From the NCBI GenBank assembly GCA_013286365.1, contig JABDFY010000001.1, positions 5,860 through 69,859 of the forward strand: a DNA stretch of 64,000 nt. Direction: 5' to 3'. This document shows positions 20,555-30,298 of the stretch, piece by piece. Both the position numbers and the translations under genes were made by a program. Under the pieces are notes generated by a model. That model ran no database searches. It was given only the letters and a program-made list of their open reading frames with translations, and was not told the origin of the DNA. The stretch's first letter is position 1; the number at the start of each line of letters is the position of its first letter. This DNA comes from Alphaproteobacteria bacterium. Lineage in GTDB: Bacteria > Pseudomonadota > Alphaproteobacteria > UBA9219.

Positions 20555-22138
20555 TCATAGTGATAATGGAGGAGGCGGAGAACGGAGTTCAGGGGCTTCA
20601 GTTGTGTTGTGAACAAGTTGCGCGGTTTCCTCATCTACTTCATCTACTATAATACCATTGGCTCGTCTGTAGGATTTACGGCCATTATTTCCCTCAAGTG
20701 CCTTCGCCAAGGCTAACGCTTCTGTCACGGGGTCTGCTAATGGTTGACCAGATATAGCGCGGTATTCCTGAACCCACTCTGGTACAGGGAAAGAGTTAAC
20801 CAAACAGATTTCGGCTGCTTCTGTGGCACAAAGTTCCATGGGTCTACAAATGGCCGGAGGCGTTTGGCCAGATTCTGACATGTAGAATACATTGTTCAGC
20901 TGCGTCATGCCCTGAATAACGGTAACTTCGCCCTTAAGGTTTTTCAGGTGCGCTTTAATTATCTCGCTATACGCATTTCTAAGGCCTCTGTCATTACTCT
21001 TTGAAGGGTCGGCCGTTATATCTCGTCGTATTGTATCAAGAGTGCGCTGTTGGTCTTGAGTTAAAGGTACCACATTATAATTATCGAAAATATCTGAATA
21101 GGCCTTTCTGGCAATAAAATCTGGAGCAAGAATTAGAATATGATCTGGCTTTTTGGGCTTTCTGCTAAGATCTCGGGCGGCGACTTCGGGCAGGAAAAGG
21201 AATTTAATTTCAGGATATCTCTGCGCAAGTTTGAATCTCAAATCCGGCGCCAAAATTGAGAGGTAGTTATCAGCGAGTATGACAACCTTGGCGCCCAGTC
21301 TTCCTTCAAATCTTTCGCAGTAGGCTTGAGCTTCGTTAAGAACGGTTTCACGCACATAGCTTGGTACGCCATTTAACCAGGTTCTATCCGTATAGTTGGC
21401 GCTTACAGTGTATATGCTAGGGGTAATCTCGCGAATAAAACTTGCCAGTCGTGCTTCTGCATCGAGATTTTCTCCGCCCGTCAGTTTATTGCTAAAGAGT
21501 CGCTCTACCCGTTGTGACATTGTGCCGGCTGCGATAGCTGGAGGGCCTGCTATAATGCCGACCTGTCCCGCGACGGGAACGTAAAAGCGTCCTTTATCTA
21601 ATGTAAAGTCACCCACCTTACTTATATGCTCCATTCTACTATGATAGAGAGCAGGTGAAAATTCGGCGGTACATTCTGGAGTACCCGCATTCGTACACAT
21701 AAGATGACCTGAGCGGATAATCGCTTGATCAAACAACACACGACTAATGCGCTTTTTCCCGTATTGAAGACGAAATGGATTTACCAGGCCATGAATATCG
21801 GGGTCGTCTTCATGGACAACTTTACTGCCAAGGAATTTTCCGATTTTGTCGTCATCGAGACGGTTCGAAGCATCATGACAAACCAAAATATAAGACCTGT
21901 CCTCAAGAGGAAGCAACCGTGTTGTTAGCTCACAAAATAGAGGTATGCCATTTACACCATCAACTTTGCGTTCAACCGCAGCAGCTCCCGATCCCATGCC
22001 ATGTGTGGAGTTACGGTTGGGCCAAAAACCATGGGCAATGCCATTTGTGTCCAGAAACCCGGCAACTTCTATAACAGCAGCCATGGCTTGTTGGCTAAGA
22101 CCAAAGCTCCCAATACCTGAAATTGAGTCTCCAAACAT
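20555..22138 (-). CDS. Uncharacterised fusion: YbaK/ProX-like domain + degenerate Asp/Glu racemase-like domain
   Basis: GLVNPF, LFDQAI, MCTNAG..EF (YbaK-like); VGIIAG, ILADNY, VIQGMTQL (racemase-like spacing); GAGGG SD before ATG 22138. Confidence 0.55.
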   Translation of the reverse strand: MFGDSISGIGSFGLSQQAMAAVIEVAGFLDTNGIAHGFWPNRNSTHGMGSGAAAVERKVDGVNGIPLFCELTTRLLPLEDRSYILVCHDASNRLDDDKIGKFLGSKVVHEDDPDIHGLVNPFRLQYGKKRISRVLFDQAIIRSGHLMCTNAGTPECTAEFSPALYHSRMEHISKVGDFTLDKGRFYVPVAGQVGIIAGPPAIAAGTMSQRVERLFSNKLTGGENLDAEARLASFIREITPSIYTVSANYTDRTWLNGVPSYVRETVLNEAQAYCERFEGRLGAKVVILADNYLSILAPDLRFKLAQRYPEIKFLFLPEVAARDLSRKPKKPDHILILAPDFIARKAYSDIFDNYNVVPLTQDQQRTLDTIRRDITADPSKSNDRGLRNAYSEIIKAHLKNLKGEVTVIQGMTQLNNVFYMSESGQTPPAICRPMELCATEAAEICLVNSFPVPEWVQEYRAISGQPLADPVTEALALAKALEGNNGRKSYRRANGIIVDEVDEETAQLVHNTTEAPELRSPPPPLSL

Positions 22139-22416
22139 TTTAACCCTCAAATAAATTGCAATAACGATAGCAAATATATACCATTCCCTATGGTTAATAC
22201 AATTATCGCGTGCCCGCACAGTGTTGAGAAATAGTGTGAATTATTAAGCAGCTGCCTGATTTATGCTAGATGCTGAAAGTATATTACGCTAACTGTCTGA
22301 ACTAGAACCGCCGAGCAGGGCAACTTTGGTCTCTGTCGTTCTTGCTTTCGTGATAGTGCTTCAAATGATAGAAGCAGCATGTAAAACTGATTCTATATTT
22401 TGTACCTGAAAACCGA

Positions 22417-24675
22417 ATGGCCCGAACAGTAACCAAAACCCGCATGCCTGACGAACCTCCGGCAGAGATAATTGACAAAAAGCTTTCCGAGGCTTTATCG
22501 GAACGTTATCTGTCTTACGCGCTTTCAACCATCATGTCGCGCTCGCTACCTGATGTGCGTGATGGGTTGAAACCGGTTCACAGACGGCTCTTGTTCGCCA
22601 TGCGTGAGCTGCGGTTGGAGCCAGGGCAGCCACCCAAAAAATCAGCGCGCGTCGTAGGCGATGTGATTGGTAAATTTCATCCGCATGGTGATATTGCCGT
22701 TTATGATGCTCTGGTGCGCCTGGCACAAGATTTTTCACAACGTTATCCGTTGATCGAAGGACAGGGTAACTTTGGCAATATCGACGGCGATAATGCCGCC
22801 GCTATGCGCTACACCGAGGCACGTCTTACTGAGGTTGCGCGTCTACTGCTCGATGGCATTGATGAAGATGCTGTAGATTTTCGCGCCACCTATGATGGCA
22901 GCGGTAGCGAGCCCGCGGTTCTGCCGGCAGCCTTTCCCAATTTACTGGCTAATGGCTCAAATGGCATTGCCGTCGGCATGGCAACATCAATTCCACCTCA
23001 TAATGTTAGCGAGTTATGTGATGCATTGCGCCACCTTATCCAACATCCCAACGCGCATATTGACAAATTAGTCAATCTTATACCCGGGCCCGATTTTCCA
23101 ACTGGCGGCGTTCTGGTTGAAGACCGTATGCAAATTGTTGAAGCCTATAAAACGGGGCGGGGCTCTTTCCGGTTACGTGCCAGATGGGAAAAAGAAGAAC
23201 TTAAACAGGCTACTTGGCAAATCATCGTTACAGAAATTCCTTACCAGGTACAAAAATCCAGGTTGATCGAAAAAATTGCGGAATTGCTAACAGAACGTAA
23301 ACTACCCCTACTTGATGATGTCCGCGACGAGTCGGCCGACGATGTACGTCTCGTCCTCGTGCCCAAAAGTCGAAATGTCGACCCTGCAGTTTTGATGGAA
23401 TCTCTTTTCCGTCAAACGGAACTTGAAACGCGGGTACCGCTTAATCTCAATGTGTTAGATAAAGATTGTGTGCCCCAGGTAATGGATTTGCGTGCCGCTT
23501 TGCGCGCCTATCTCGATCATCGCCAAGTTGTTCTTGTGTGTCGCTCAACCCACAAGCTTGCGCAAATCGAAGCACGTCTCGAGGTCTTGGCGGGGTATCT
23601 GATCGCCTATCTCAATCTCGATAAAGTTATCAAAATCATTCGAACGGAAGATGAACCAAAGCCGGTTTTGATGAAAACGTTCAAACTTAGCGACACACAA
23701 GCCGAGGCTATCCTTAATATGCGCTTGCGATCACTGCGTAAGCTTGAAGAAATTGAAATTCGTAGCGAGCAAAAAGATCTTTCTGGCAAGCAGGCTGAAC
23801 TTAAAAAACTACTTAAAAGTGAAGAATTGCGTTGGCAAAGGATTGATACAGAAATTGCTGAACTCAAAAAGTTATTTGGCAAGAATACTAAACTTGGTGC
23901 GCGTCGTACAGAAATCGCTGAAGCTCCAGCGACTGTTGATGTGCCGGTAGAATCTTTTATTGAGCGTGAAAATGTAACCATTCTTTGCTCTGCCAAGAGT
24001 TGGATTCGTGCGATGAAAGGTCATATTGAGGAAGATACCGCCGCGCGAGCCGCTATAAAATATAAGGAAGGCGATGAAGAACGTTTCGTGCTGAACGCGG
24101 AAACAACCGATAAGATATTGTTATTTGCCAGCAATGGCCGTTTCTACACACTTGGCGGCGACAAACTTCCTGGCGGCAGAGGTCTCGGCGAGCCGGTACG
24201 GCTCATGATCGATATGCCGCCTGAAGCCGAAATTATAGGAGTGACTAAATATCAAGCTGATCAGAAATTTATCGTCGCTTCTAGCGATGGGCGTGGTTTT
24301 ATTGTGAAAGCAGAAGATGTGCTAGCGCAAACCAAGAACGGTAAACAGGTTCTAAATGTAGCAGAAAAAACGCGCGCCGTTGCCTTCGCTCCTTTAGCGG
24401 GTGATCATGTGGCCGTTATCGGCACCAATCGAAAATTGTTGCTGTTTAAGAGCGATGAATTGCCCGAGATGGGCCGCGGCCGTGGCGTAATTTTACAAAA
24501 ATACAAGGATGGCGGCTTGTCTGACGTCAAGAGTTTCAATCTCAAAGAAGGACTGTCTTGGAAATCAGGCGACCGTGAACGTACGGAAACAGATTTACGT
24601 GCCTGGATTGGAGCGCGAGCGCAGGCCGGCAAACTACCGCCCAACGGGTTTAGTCGCAGTAACAAGTTTGGTTAG
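22417..24675 (+). CDS. parC: DNA topoisomerase IV subunit A
   Basis: [33 protein letters not shown]; 752 aa. Confidence 0.95.
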   Translation: MARTVTKTRMPDEPPAEIIDKKLSEALSERYLSYALSTIMSRSLPDVRDGLKPVHRRLLFAMRELRLEPGQPPKKSARVVGDVIGKFHPHGDIAVYDALVRLAQDFSQRYPLIEGQGNFGNIDGDNAAAMRYTEARLTEVARLLLDGIDEDAVDFRATYDGSGSEPAVLPAAFPNLLANGSNGIAVGMATSIPPHNVSELCDALRHLIQHPNAHIDKLVNLIPGPDFPTGGVLVEDRMQIVEAYKTGRGSFRLRARWEKEELKQATWQIIVTEIPYQVQKSRLIEKIAELLTERKLPLLDDVRDESADDVRLVLVPKSRNVDPAVLMESLFRQTELETRVPLNLNVLDKDCVPQVMDLRAALRAYLDHRQVVLVCRSTHKLAQIEARLEVLAGYLIAYLNLDKVIKIIRTEDEPKPVLMKTFKLSDTQAEAILNMRLRSLRKLEEIEIRSEQKDLSGKQAELKKLLKSEELRWQRIDTEIAELKKLFGKNTKLGARRTEIAEAPATVDVPVESFIERENVTILCSAKSWIRAMKGHIEEDTAARAAIKYKEGDEERFVLNAETTDKILLFASNGRFYTLGGDKLPGGRGLGEPVRLMIDMPPEAEIIGVTKYQADQKFIVASSDGRGFIVKAEDVLAQTKNGKQVLNVAEKTRAVAFAPLAGDHVAVIGTNRKLLLFKSDELPEMGRGRGVILQKYKDGGLSDVKSFNLKEGLSWKSGDRERTETDLRAWIGARAQAGKLPPNGFSRSNKFG

Positions 24676-25043
24676 AGACCAGCTCTGCTGACACTAGAAA
24701 AAACTAAACGTGGATCATTTCGTAGGCTACCTATAGCTTCAATATCCTTGAATACTTTTTTACGAGCCTCGCTATTTAACGGGGAGCGGTGAATAACTTG
24801 ACGGAGCAAAAGCTGGGCTAATGGACTTACGGCACCAACGATCTCCTGTCCGTAGGACCTGAAATATTCAAGCCATACATGAAGTCTGGCAGTGTTGATT
24901 ATGGCGCTTTGAAGAAGTGCCAAGTTCTCTTCGAAAGATACCGGGCCTGTTCCACAAGGATCTAGATCGTCGTTAAAACAGCGTCCACAGACGTGTGCGA
25001 CGCCATTAGCAAAGTCGATGAATTTTTTAGCGTGTACTTTCAA
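24672..25043 (-). CDS. Hypothetical protein, possibly 3' part of a frameshifted gene starting at 25167
   Basis: 123-codon ORF with TTG start and no recognisable motif; an upstream 46-codon ATG ORF overlaps in another frame. Confidence 0.4.
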   Translation of the reverse strand: MKVHAKKFIDFANGVAHVCGRCFNDDLDPCGTGPVSFEENLALLQSAIINTARLHVWLEYFRSYGQEIVGAVSPLAQLLLRQVIHRSPLNSEARKKVFKDIEAIGSLRNDPRLVFSSVSRAGL

Positions 25044-25345
25044 CAGAATCTGGAGAGCGCCTTATATTGCTTGTGACTTCCACTATTGCGTCATCTACGA
25101 GCCTCCGGACATCAATCGATATGATTTCGTGTGCCTGATTGACGCCAATTGCTAGTCGGCTATTCATGACTATATGACTCGAAAAAAGATAACATCAGTT
25201 CTAAATTTTTGTCGAAGTAAGTCGCCTTAAAGTGCGCGAAGCTATACCTCGCTTGTAAAATAGCAATCGTGGAATGAGAGGAGGATGGGATATGTTGTGG
25301 ATAAGTAGAAGTTCCATAAATATGGAGAAATTAAATTATCGGCCA

Positions 25346-26530
25346 TTATGCGCGCGAAATTTCCAATCCTTGGGACAGTTCTTTCTCAGCAATAATCTTG
25401 TCAATCGCAGCCCGTTCAGCTGATGATAAGCGAATACTTTGTGATTTCAATTGACCGCAGGCAGCCATGATATCGCGGCCGCGCGGCATACGTACAGGAC
25501 TGGCATATCCGGCTTCGTTCACAATATCGCCGAATTTCTGGATGGTTTTCCAATCCGAACATTCAAAAGGTGCGCCAGGCCAAGGATTAAAGGGAATAAG
25601 ATTGATTTTTGCTGGGATGCCTCTCAGTAGTTTCACCAAATGCTTGGCATCCACCGGACTATCATTAACATCTTTGAGCATGACATACTCAAACGTAACG
25701 CGTCGTGCATTGCTGATCCCCGGATATTCGCGGCAGGCCTTGAGAAGTTCCTTAATCGGATACATGCGGTTGATAGGAACAATTTGATCGCGTAATTCAT
25801 CGGTTACGGCGTGCAAGCTTACGGCAAGATTAATATCAAGTTCATTTCCGCAGCGCTCGATCATTGGCACAACGCCCGAAGTCGATAACGTGATTTTGCG
25901 TTTACTGATAGCAATACCGTCGCCATTCATGATTATCTTTGCGGCCTTAGCCACATTCTCGTAATTGAACAGTGGCTCGCCCATTCCCATCAGCACAATA
26001 TTGGAGAGCAGTCGGTCATCTTTAGTTGAAGGCCATTCCTTGAGCTTATCGCGCGCTAACATCACCTGCATCACAATTTCGCTGGCTTCGAGATTACGCA
26101 CCAGACGTTGCGTGCCGGTATGGCAAAAACGGCAGGTGAGCGTGCAGCCAACTTGTGATGATACGCATAAAGCGCCACGGTCGATTTCAGGAATATGTAC
26201 AGCCTCAATTTCTTGGCCGTCGACCATCTTTAATAACCATTTCCGTGTGCCGTCCTCGGATTTTTGGTCTTGCGTTACGGTCGGGCGCTCTAACATGAAG
26301 TGCGCAGCCAGTTTCTCGCGCACTGGCTTGGCCAGCGTGGTCATATTTTCGAAATCTGTTACGCCATGAAAGTAGATCCACGACCATAATTGTTTGGCAC
26401 GGAATTTTTCTAAGCCAAGCGCAGTTATAGCTTCGAGCAGTTCGTCTTGGCTTAGGCCAATAAGATTCCGCCGCCCCGCAGCGTCGATTGCGGGTGGAGC
26501 AAAATATTTAGCGTGAGTAGCAATTCCCAT
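25346..26530 (-). CDS. rlmN: 23S rRNA/tRNA adenine C2-methyltransferase
   Basis: [15 protein letters not shown] radical-SAM motif, MGMGEP, AACGQL. Confidence 0.96.
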   Translation of the reverse strand: MGIATHAKYFAPPAIDAAGRRNLIGLSQDELLEAITALGLEKFRAKQLWSWIYFHGVTDFENMTTLAKPVREKLAAHFMLERPTVTQDQKSEDGTRKWLLKMVDGQEIEAVHIPEIDRGALCVSSQVGCTLTCRFCHTGTQRLVRNLEASEIVMQVMLARDKLKEWPSTKDDRLLSNIVLMGMGEPLFNYENVAKAAKIIMNGDGIAISKRKITLSTSGVVPMIERCGNELDINLAVSLHAVTDELRDQIVPINRMYPIKELLKACREYPGISNARRVTFEYVMLKDVNDSPVDAKHLVKLLRGIPAKINLIPFNPWPGAPFECSDWKTIQKFGDIVNEAGYASPVRMPRGRDIMAACGQLKSQSIRLSSAERAAIDKIIAEKELSQGLEISRA

Positions 26531-26577
26531 GACAGTTAGATGCCTGGAAAAGGGCTGTTCTGTCAAAACTTACGTCT

Positions 26578-27183
26578 CTATTTAGATTTCTTTTTTTTAT
26601 TAGGTAACGATTTGGGGTTCTCAACATCAAGCCCACAGGCCTTGCCGATTGCCGTGTAAGCCGCTGAAGAGCCTTTGATATCGAGCGTATCGGTCAGTGT
26701 TTGGCCATGCACAGATACGCCCGTAACACGCATGCTTTTGCCGAAGCGTATAGCAGCGGCTAACGCCCGGTCGGTGGTGGCATCGCGCGACCAGGCAGTA
26801 TCATTTTGTGTGAAGAGGCTGAACTGGGTTTTACCAAGCTCTATCTTTACATCGCTGATGGGTTTGAAATTATAGCCAGCTGTATAGCTCACCACATCTT
26901 TGCTTCCTTCGGCAGGACGCTCCGTGATCATAAGATAAATTGATCCACGTTTAGCCGCTTTATCTTTGACTTTACCTCTTGTTTTGAGGGGCGGGGGTTG
27001 ATTGGGATGCGAAATCAACAGCATGTAGCAGACCTCTTGATCGCCTTCATGGGCCGTGTAGGCCGACCAGTTGCCAAAGATACCGAGGGATTTGGGGCTA
27101 CCCGTCGGCTCCGCTGCTTTAACAGGTAGCTGGAACAAGATAGTAGCGAAGGTCAAAGCAATTATCAGAACACGAAGCGACAT
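26578..27183 (-). CDS. Invasion-associated locus B (IalB)-like exported protein
   Basis: Signal peptide, LGIFGNWSAY..CY, paired C-terminal Cys, usual position upstream of rlmN. Confidence 0.78.
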   Translation of the reverse strand: MSLRVLIIALTFATILFQLPVKAAEPTGSPKSLGIFGNWSAYTAHEGDQEVCYMLLISHPNQPPPLKTRGKVKDKAAKRGSIYLMITERPAEGSKDVVSYTAGYNFKPISDVKIELGKTQFSLFTQNDTAWSRDATTDRALAAAIRFGKSMRVTGVSVHGQTLTDTLDIKGSSAAYTAIGKACGLDVENPKSLPNKKKKSK

Positions 27184-27206
27184 AAAGCCAAACTCTTTGG
27201 ATGATT

Positions 27207-30200
27207 TCACTGTCCTACCGATCCGATCACGCCATTCTGCGCCGTCATGGGCGCGCCATTAATAAGCGGCTGAAAAATGGGGGCCAATGATTTCAGTGTC
27301 TGCACGGCAAGCGCACTACTGAAGTTATAGTTGGCAGCATCTTCGCCGGCGACATGAGCTGTAATTGTTCCAAAGAACCGATCGCCAATGAAGAAGACAA
27401 ACGTACCGGTACGATTGACAACGCGCGAGGAAATAAGTTTCCCACCGGCGCCAAATTCATCATAGCGGTGATCGCCAGTTCCAGTTTTGCCGCCTATCAA
27501 GAGGGGCTTGCCGGTGCCATCGACATAAGCGCCTTTGATACGCTTGGCTGTTCCATTCTCAGCGACGTCGATCATCGCTGCTTTAACAATGCGAGCAATG
27601 GCTGGATTGAGTAGATGCTCACCTTCGTTGGGGCCATTATGTACCATAACTGTTTGGTAGGGCGTGTTGGCGCCGAATTGCAGAGTATCAAAGCGTGCGG
27701 TTGGTACTTTGATGCCGTCATTTAGAATAAGTCCTACGAGCTCGGCCAAAGCATCGGGACGATCGGCAGAACTGCCAATGGCTGTCGCATAGCTTGGCAC
27801 AAGACGATCAAAGGGGTAACCGAGCCTTGCCCAGTGTTGTTGAATTCGCTTGAAAGCATCCAACTCCAAAATAATACGAATGCGCGTATCCTGTGCGTGT
27901 TTTAGGCGTGGGTTGAATAACCAAGCATAACTTTGAACGCGCATCTGCTTGCTGACAGCCAAAATGGCATTGCGTGAGGCCTTTGGGTTGGCTTGCAAAT
28001 AACTCACCAACCATAATTCAAGCGGATTTACGCCTGCGATATAGCCTCTGTCCGCAAGATTATATCTAGTCACCGGATAATCATTATAGAGTTGTTTCAA
28101 CCGTTCGCCATCAAGTGCTGTTCGCACCGGATGTCGGTTCATATAGGCAACATACTCGTCAAAACTACCATGAGGCAGTACGGAACGGAAAATGATCGTG
28201 TGTGCCGTGGCACCACTATGGCCATGGCTTGTCAGTTTATCTAAGGCATCGTCTGGACTGCTGCCGATATAATCGCTCATGTAGCGGCTAAGAAAAACAC
28301 TGCCTTCACGGTCGGCGTAGCGTTCTAAATAAGCCTTGCGCGCAGGTTGATCGGGATCGTCCAGCAATTCCTGTTTCGTCACAGGGCCTTGTGCGATCAT
28401 GTAATTTACGACATCGCGCATAAGGCGTACAAAAACGAGATTGACCGAATTACGAAAGGCTTCACGTAAATCCATCGTCTCGACATTTTCTGATTTTTCG
28501 AAATTTACAAAGCTGTGTTCACCACCACCTGTGAAAAAAACTTCACTGGGGTTTCCGGAGTAAGTTCGGTCCATCGCCGCCTCAAGAATATCATCAAGTT
28601 TACCATCGGGATGCTTGGCCATCCATGTTGTGGCCCAAGTTGTCAGGTTATCCGGGGCATCATCGGCTATCGATTGAAGATCCTCTAATGACACGCCGTC
28701 GTAACGCTGATAAAGCTCGTCAATAATTTCGAGATAAGTAACAAGTGTGCGTAATTTTGCCGTCGAGCCAAGGTCGAGTTTGACGCCCTCGTTCATGTCG
28801 AAGGGTTCATCGATGTTATCGGCCTGCACACGGATCCGGTTGGCATCGTTACCGCGTTCATAAAGTATGACGCTCCATTTAATTTTGGTCGGGTCATTCT
28901 CAGGAGCGAGAAGACGAAAACCGTAAAGTCCAATAGACTGCAGAAAATTTTTATCACTCATCTTCCTTAGAAAATCGACGACTTTCTGTTGTGTTGTTTC
29001 ATCAAGAGTTGTGACAGCGGCAAGGTCAAGTCGGTCAAGTTCATAAAGATTTTTCAGGCCCAACATACTAAGGAGATGGTTGCGCAAAGAGTTTGTCGCT
29101 TTCTGCTCTATGAACGGTGTTTGAGGTGGTTGCGGCGGATCGGCAAGAAATCTAAAGGAGGCCGCTTTGCTGGCTTCCCGCAAAGTATCGGAGATGATCC
29201 CGGCGGCCTTCAACCTATCTAACGTTACATCAGTAAGATCATCGAGTTCTTCGCGATCTGTCAGCAAATAATATGTTGGACGTCTTTGAGCTAAGATCAG
29301 ACCCAACACCTCACGATAAACATGTGCTTTAGTACGCAGCGAATCTGGGTCGCTTTCGGGTAAATTCAGCGCCGTGATCGCCTCATTAAGGTCCTGCCCA
29401 AACCAAGCCCATAATCCGTCGCCGATGCTATTGACCTCGCCAAATCCCGGTCGTGCACTTAATGTCGTGCTGTTGAGGTAATCGAGGACGATCTGTTTAC
29501 GTACCTCACGCGTGTCCGGTCCGTCTAAATAGGCACGCAGGCTGCCCGAAATAATTTGGCGTAATTTATCCATAGCATTGCGGGTTTCGCCACCTGGTGA
29601 ATAGCGAAATTTCTCAATCTGTGTCGCGAGGGTGCTGCCGCCGCCAGCATTAAAACCTGGCACAACGTACTGCATCATGTGACCGAAGGCGGCAAACAGA
29701 AATCGGTCCCACTCTATAACCGGATTACGTGTCGCAGGCCCTGGCTGCAGAAGCTCGCGGTTTTCAATGTACAAGAGAGTGTTGACAAGCAACGGCGGAA
29801 TTGAACGAAAATCGGAAAAAATGTGGTTGGGATAGCTGGCCGCATAGAGTGGTTGGCCTTCGTGATCGTAGAGCATGAGGCCAGTTACTGTTTTTGCGTG
29901 ATAGATGGGATAAAGCCCATCGTTGATTAGTTTCTGATAGGCCGGAGAAGGACGTGCTTGCCAGGCCACTGTGTAATTATCAGAGGTAAGAGATTTGATA
30001 AAAAATGGCAGATAACTGTATCCAAGACGTTGGTTGTAAGGACCTGTTGATGGATAACGCAACTTGGGATTTAGGCCTGGCTCCATGGTAAGGTGAATGC
30101 CAGATGTAAGATTTGTAAACCACTCCGATTGAAATCGCGATGTCCGCATTTCGCTGTACGCCAAAGTGCAGAGCACGGCGCCAAAACCAAGCAAGATCAC

Positions 30201-30287
30201 AATCGGAACAAGCAAAAACGCGCGCGGCAGCCGCATGCGGTAAAGCGGCGTTTCCTCGTCGGATGTTGATGACCAGGAAAGTGGCAT
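27207..30287 (-). CDS. Large atypical class A penicillin-binding protein (GT51 + transpeptidase)
   Basis: N-terminal TM; IENRELL and GGSTLATQIEK (GT51-like); STAK (SxxK), SVN (SxN), KTG. Confidence 0.85.
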   Translation of the reverse strand: MPLSWSSTSDEETPLYRMRLPRAFLLVPIVILLGFGAVLCTLAYSEMRTSRFQSEWFTNLTSGIHLTMEPGLNPKLRYPSTGPYNQRLGYSYLPFFIKSLTSDNYTVAWQARPSPAYQKLINDGLYPIYHAKTVTGLMLYDHEGQPLYAASYPNHIFSDFRSIPPLLVNTLLYIENRELLQPGPATRNPVIEWDRFLFAAFGHMMQYVVPGFNAGGGSTLATQIEKFRYSPGGETRNAMDKLRQIISGSLRAYLDGPDTREVRKQIVLDYLNSTTLSARPGFGEVNSIGDGLWAWFGQDLNEAITALNLPESDPDSLRTKAHVYREVLGLILAQRRPTYYLLTDREELDDLTDVTLDRLKAAGIISDTLREASKAASFRFLADPPQPPQTPFIEQKATNSLRNHLLSMLGLKNLYELDRLDLAAVTTLDETTQQKVVDFLRKMSDKNFLQSIGLYGFRLLAPENDPTKIKWSVILYERGNDANRIRVQADNIDEPFDMNEGVKLDLGSTAKLRTLVTYLEIIDELYQRYDGVSLEDLQSIADDAPDNLTTWATTWMAKHPDGKLDDILEAAMDRTYSGNPSEVFFTGGGEHSFVNFEKSENVETMDLREAFRNSVNLVFVRLMRDVVNYMIAQGPVTKQELLDDPDQPARKAYLERYADREGSVFLSRYMSDYIGSSPDDALDKLTSHGHSGATAHTIIFRSVLPHGSFDEYVAYMNRHPVRTALDGERLKQLYNDYPVTRYNLADRGYIAGVNPLELWLVSYLQANPKASRNAILAVSKQMRVQSYAWLFNPRLKHAQDTRIRIILELDAFKRIQQHWARLGYPFDRLVPSYATAIGSSADRPDALAELVGLILNDGIKVPTARFDTLQFGANTPYQTVMVHNGPNEGEHLLNPAIARIVKAAMIDVAENGTAKRIKGAYVDGTGKPLLIGGKTGTGDHRYDEFGAGGKLISSRVVNRTGTFVFFIGDRFFGTITAHVAGEDAANYNFSSALAVQTLKSLAPIFQPLINGAPMTAQNGVIGSVGQ

Positions 30288-30298
30288 AGTGACTGTCT

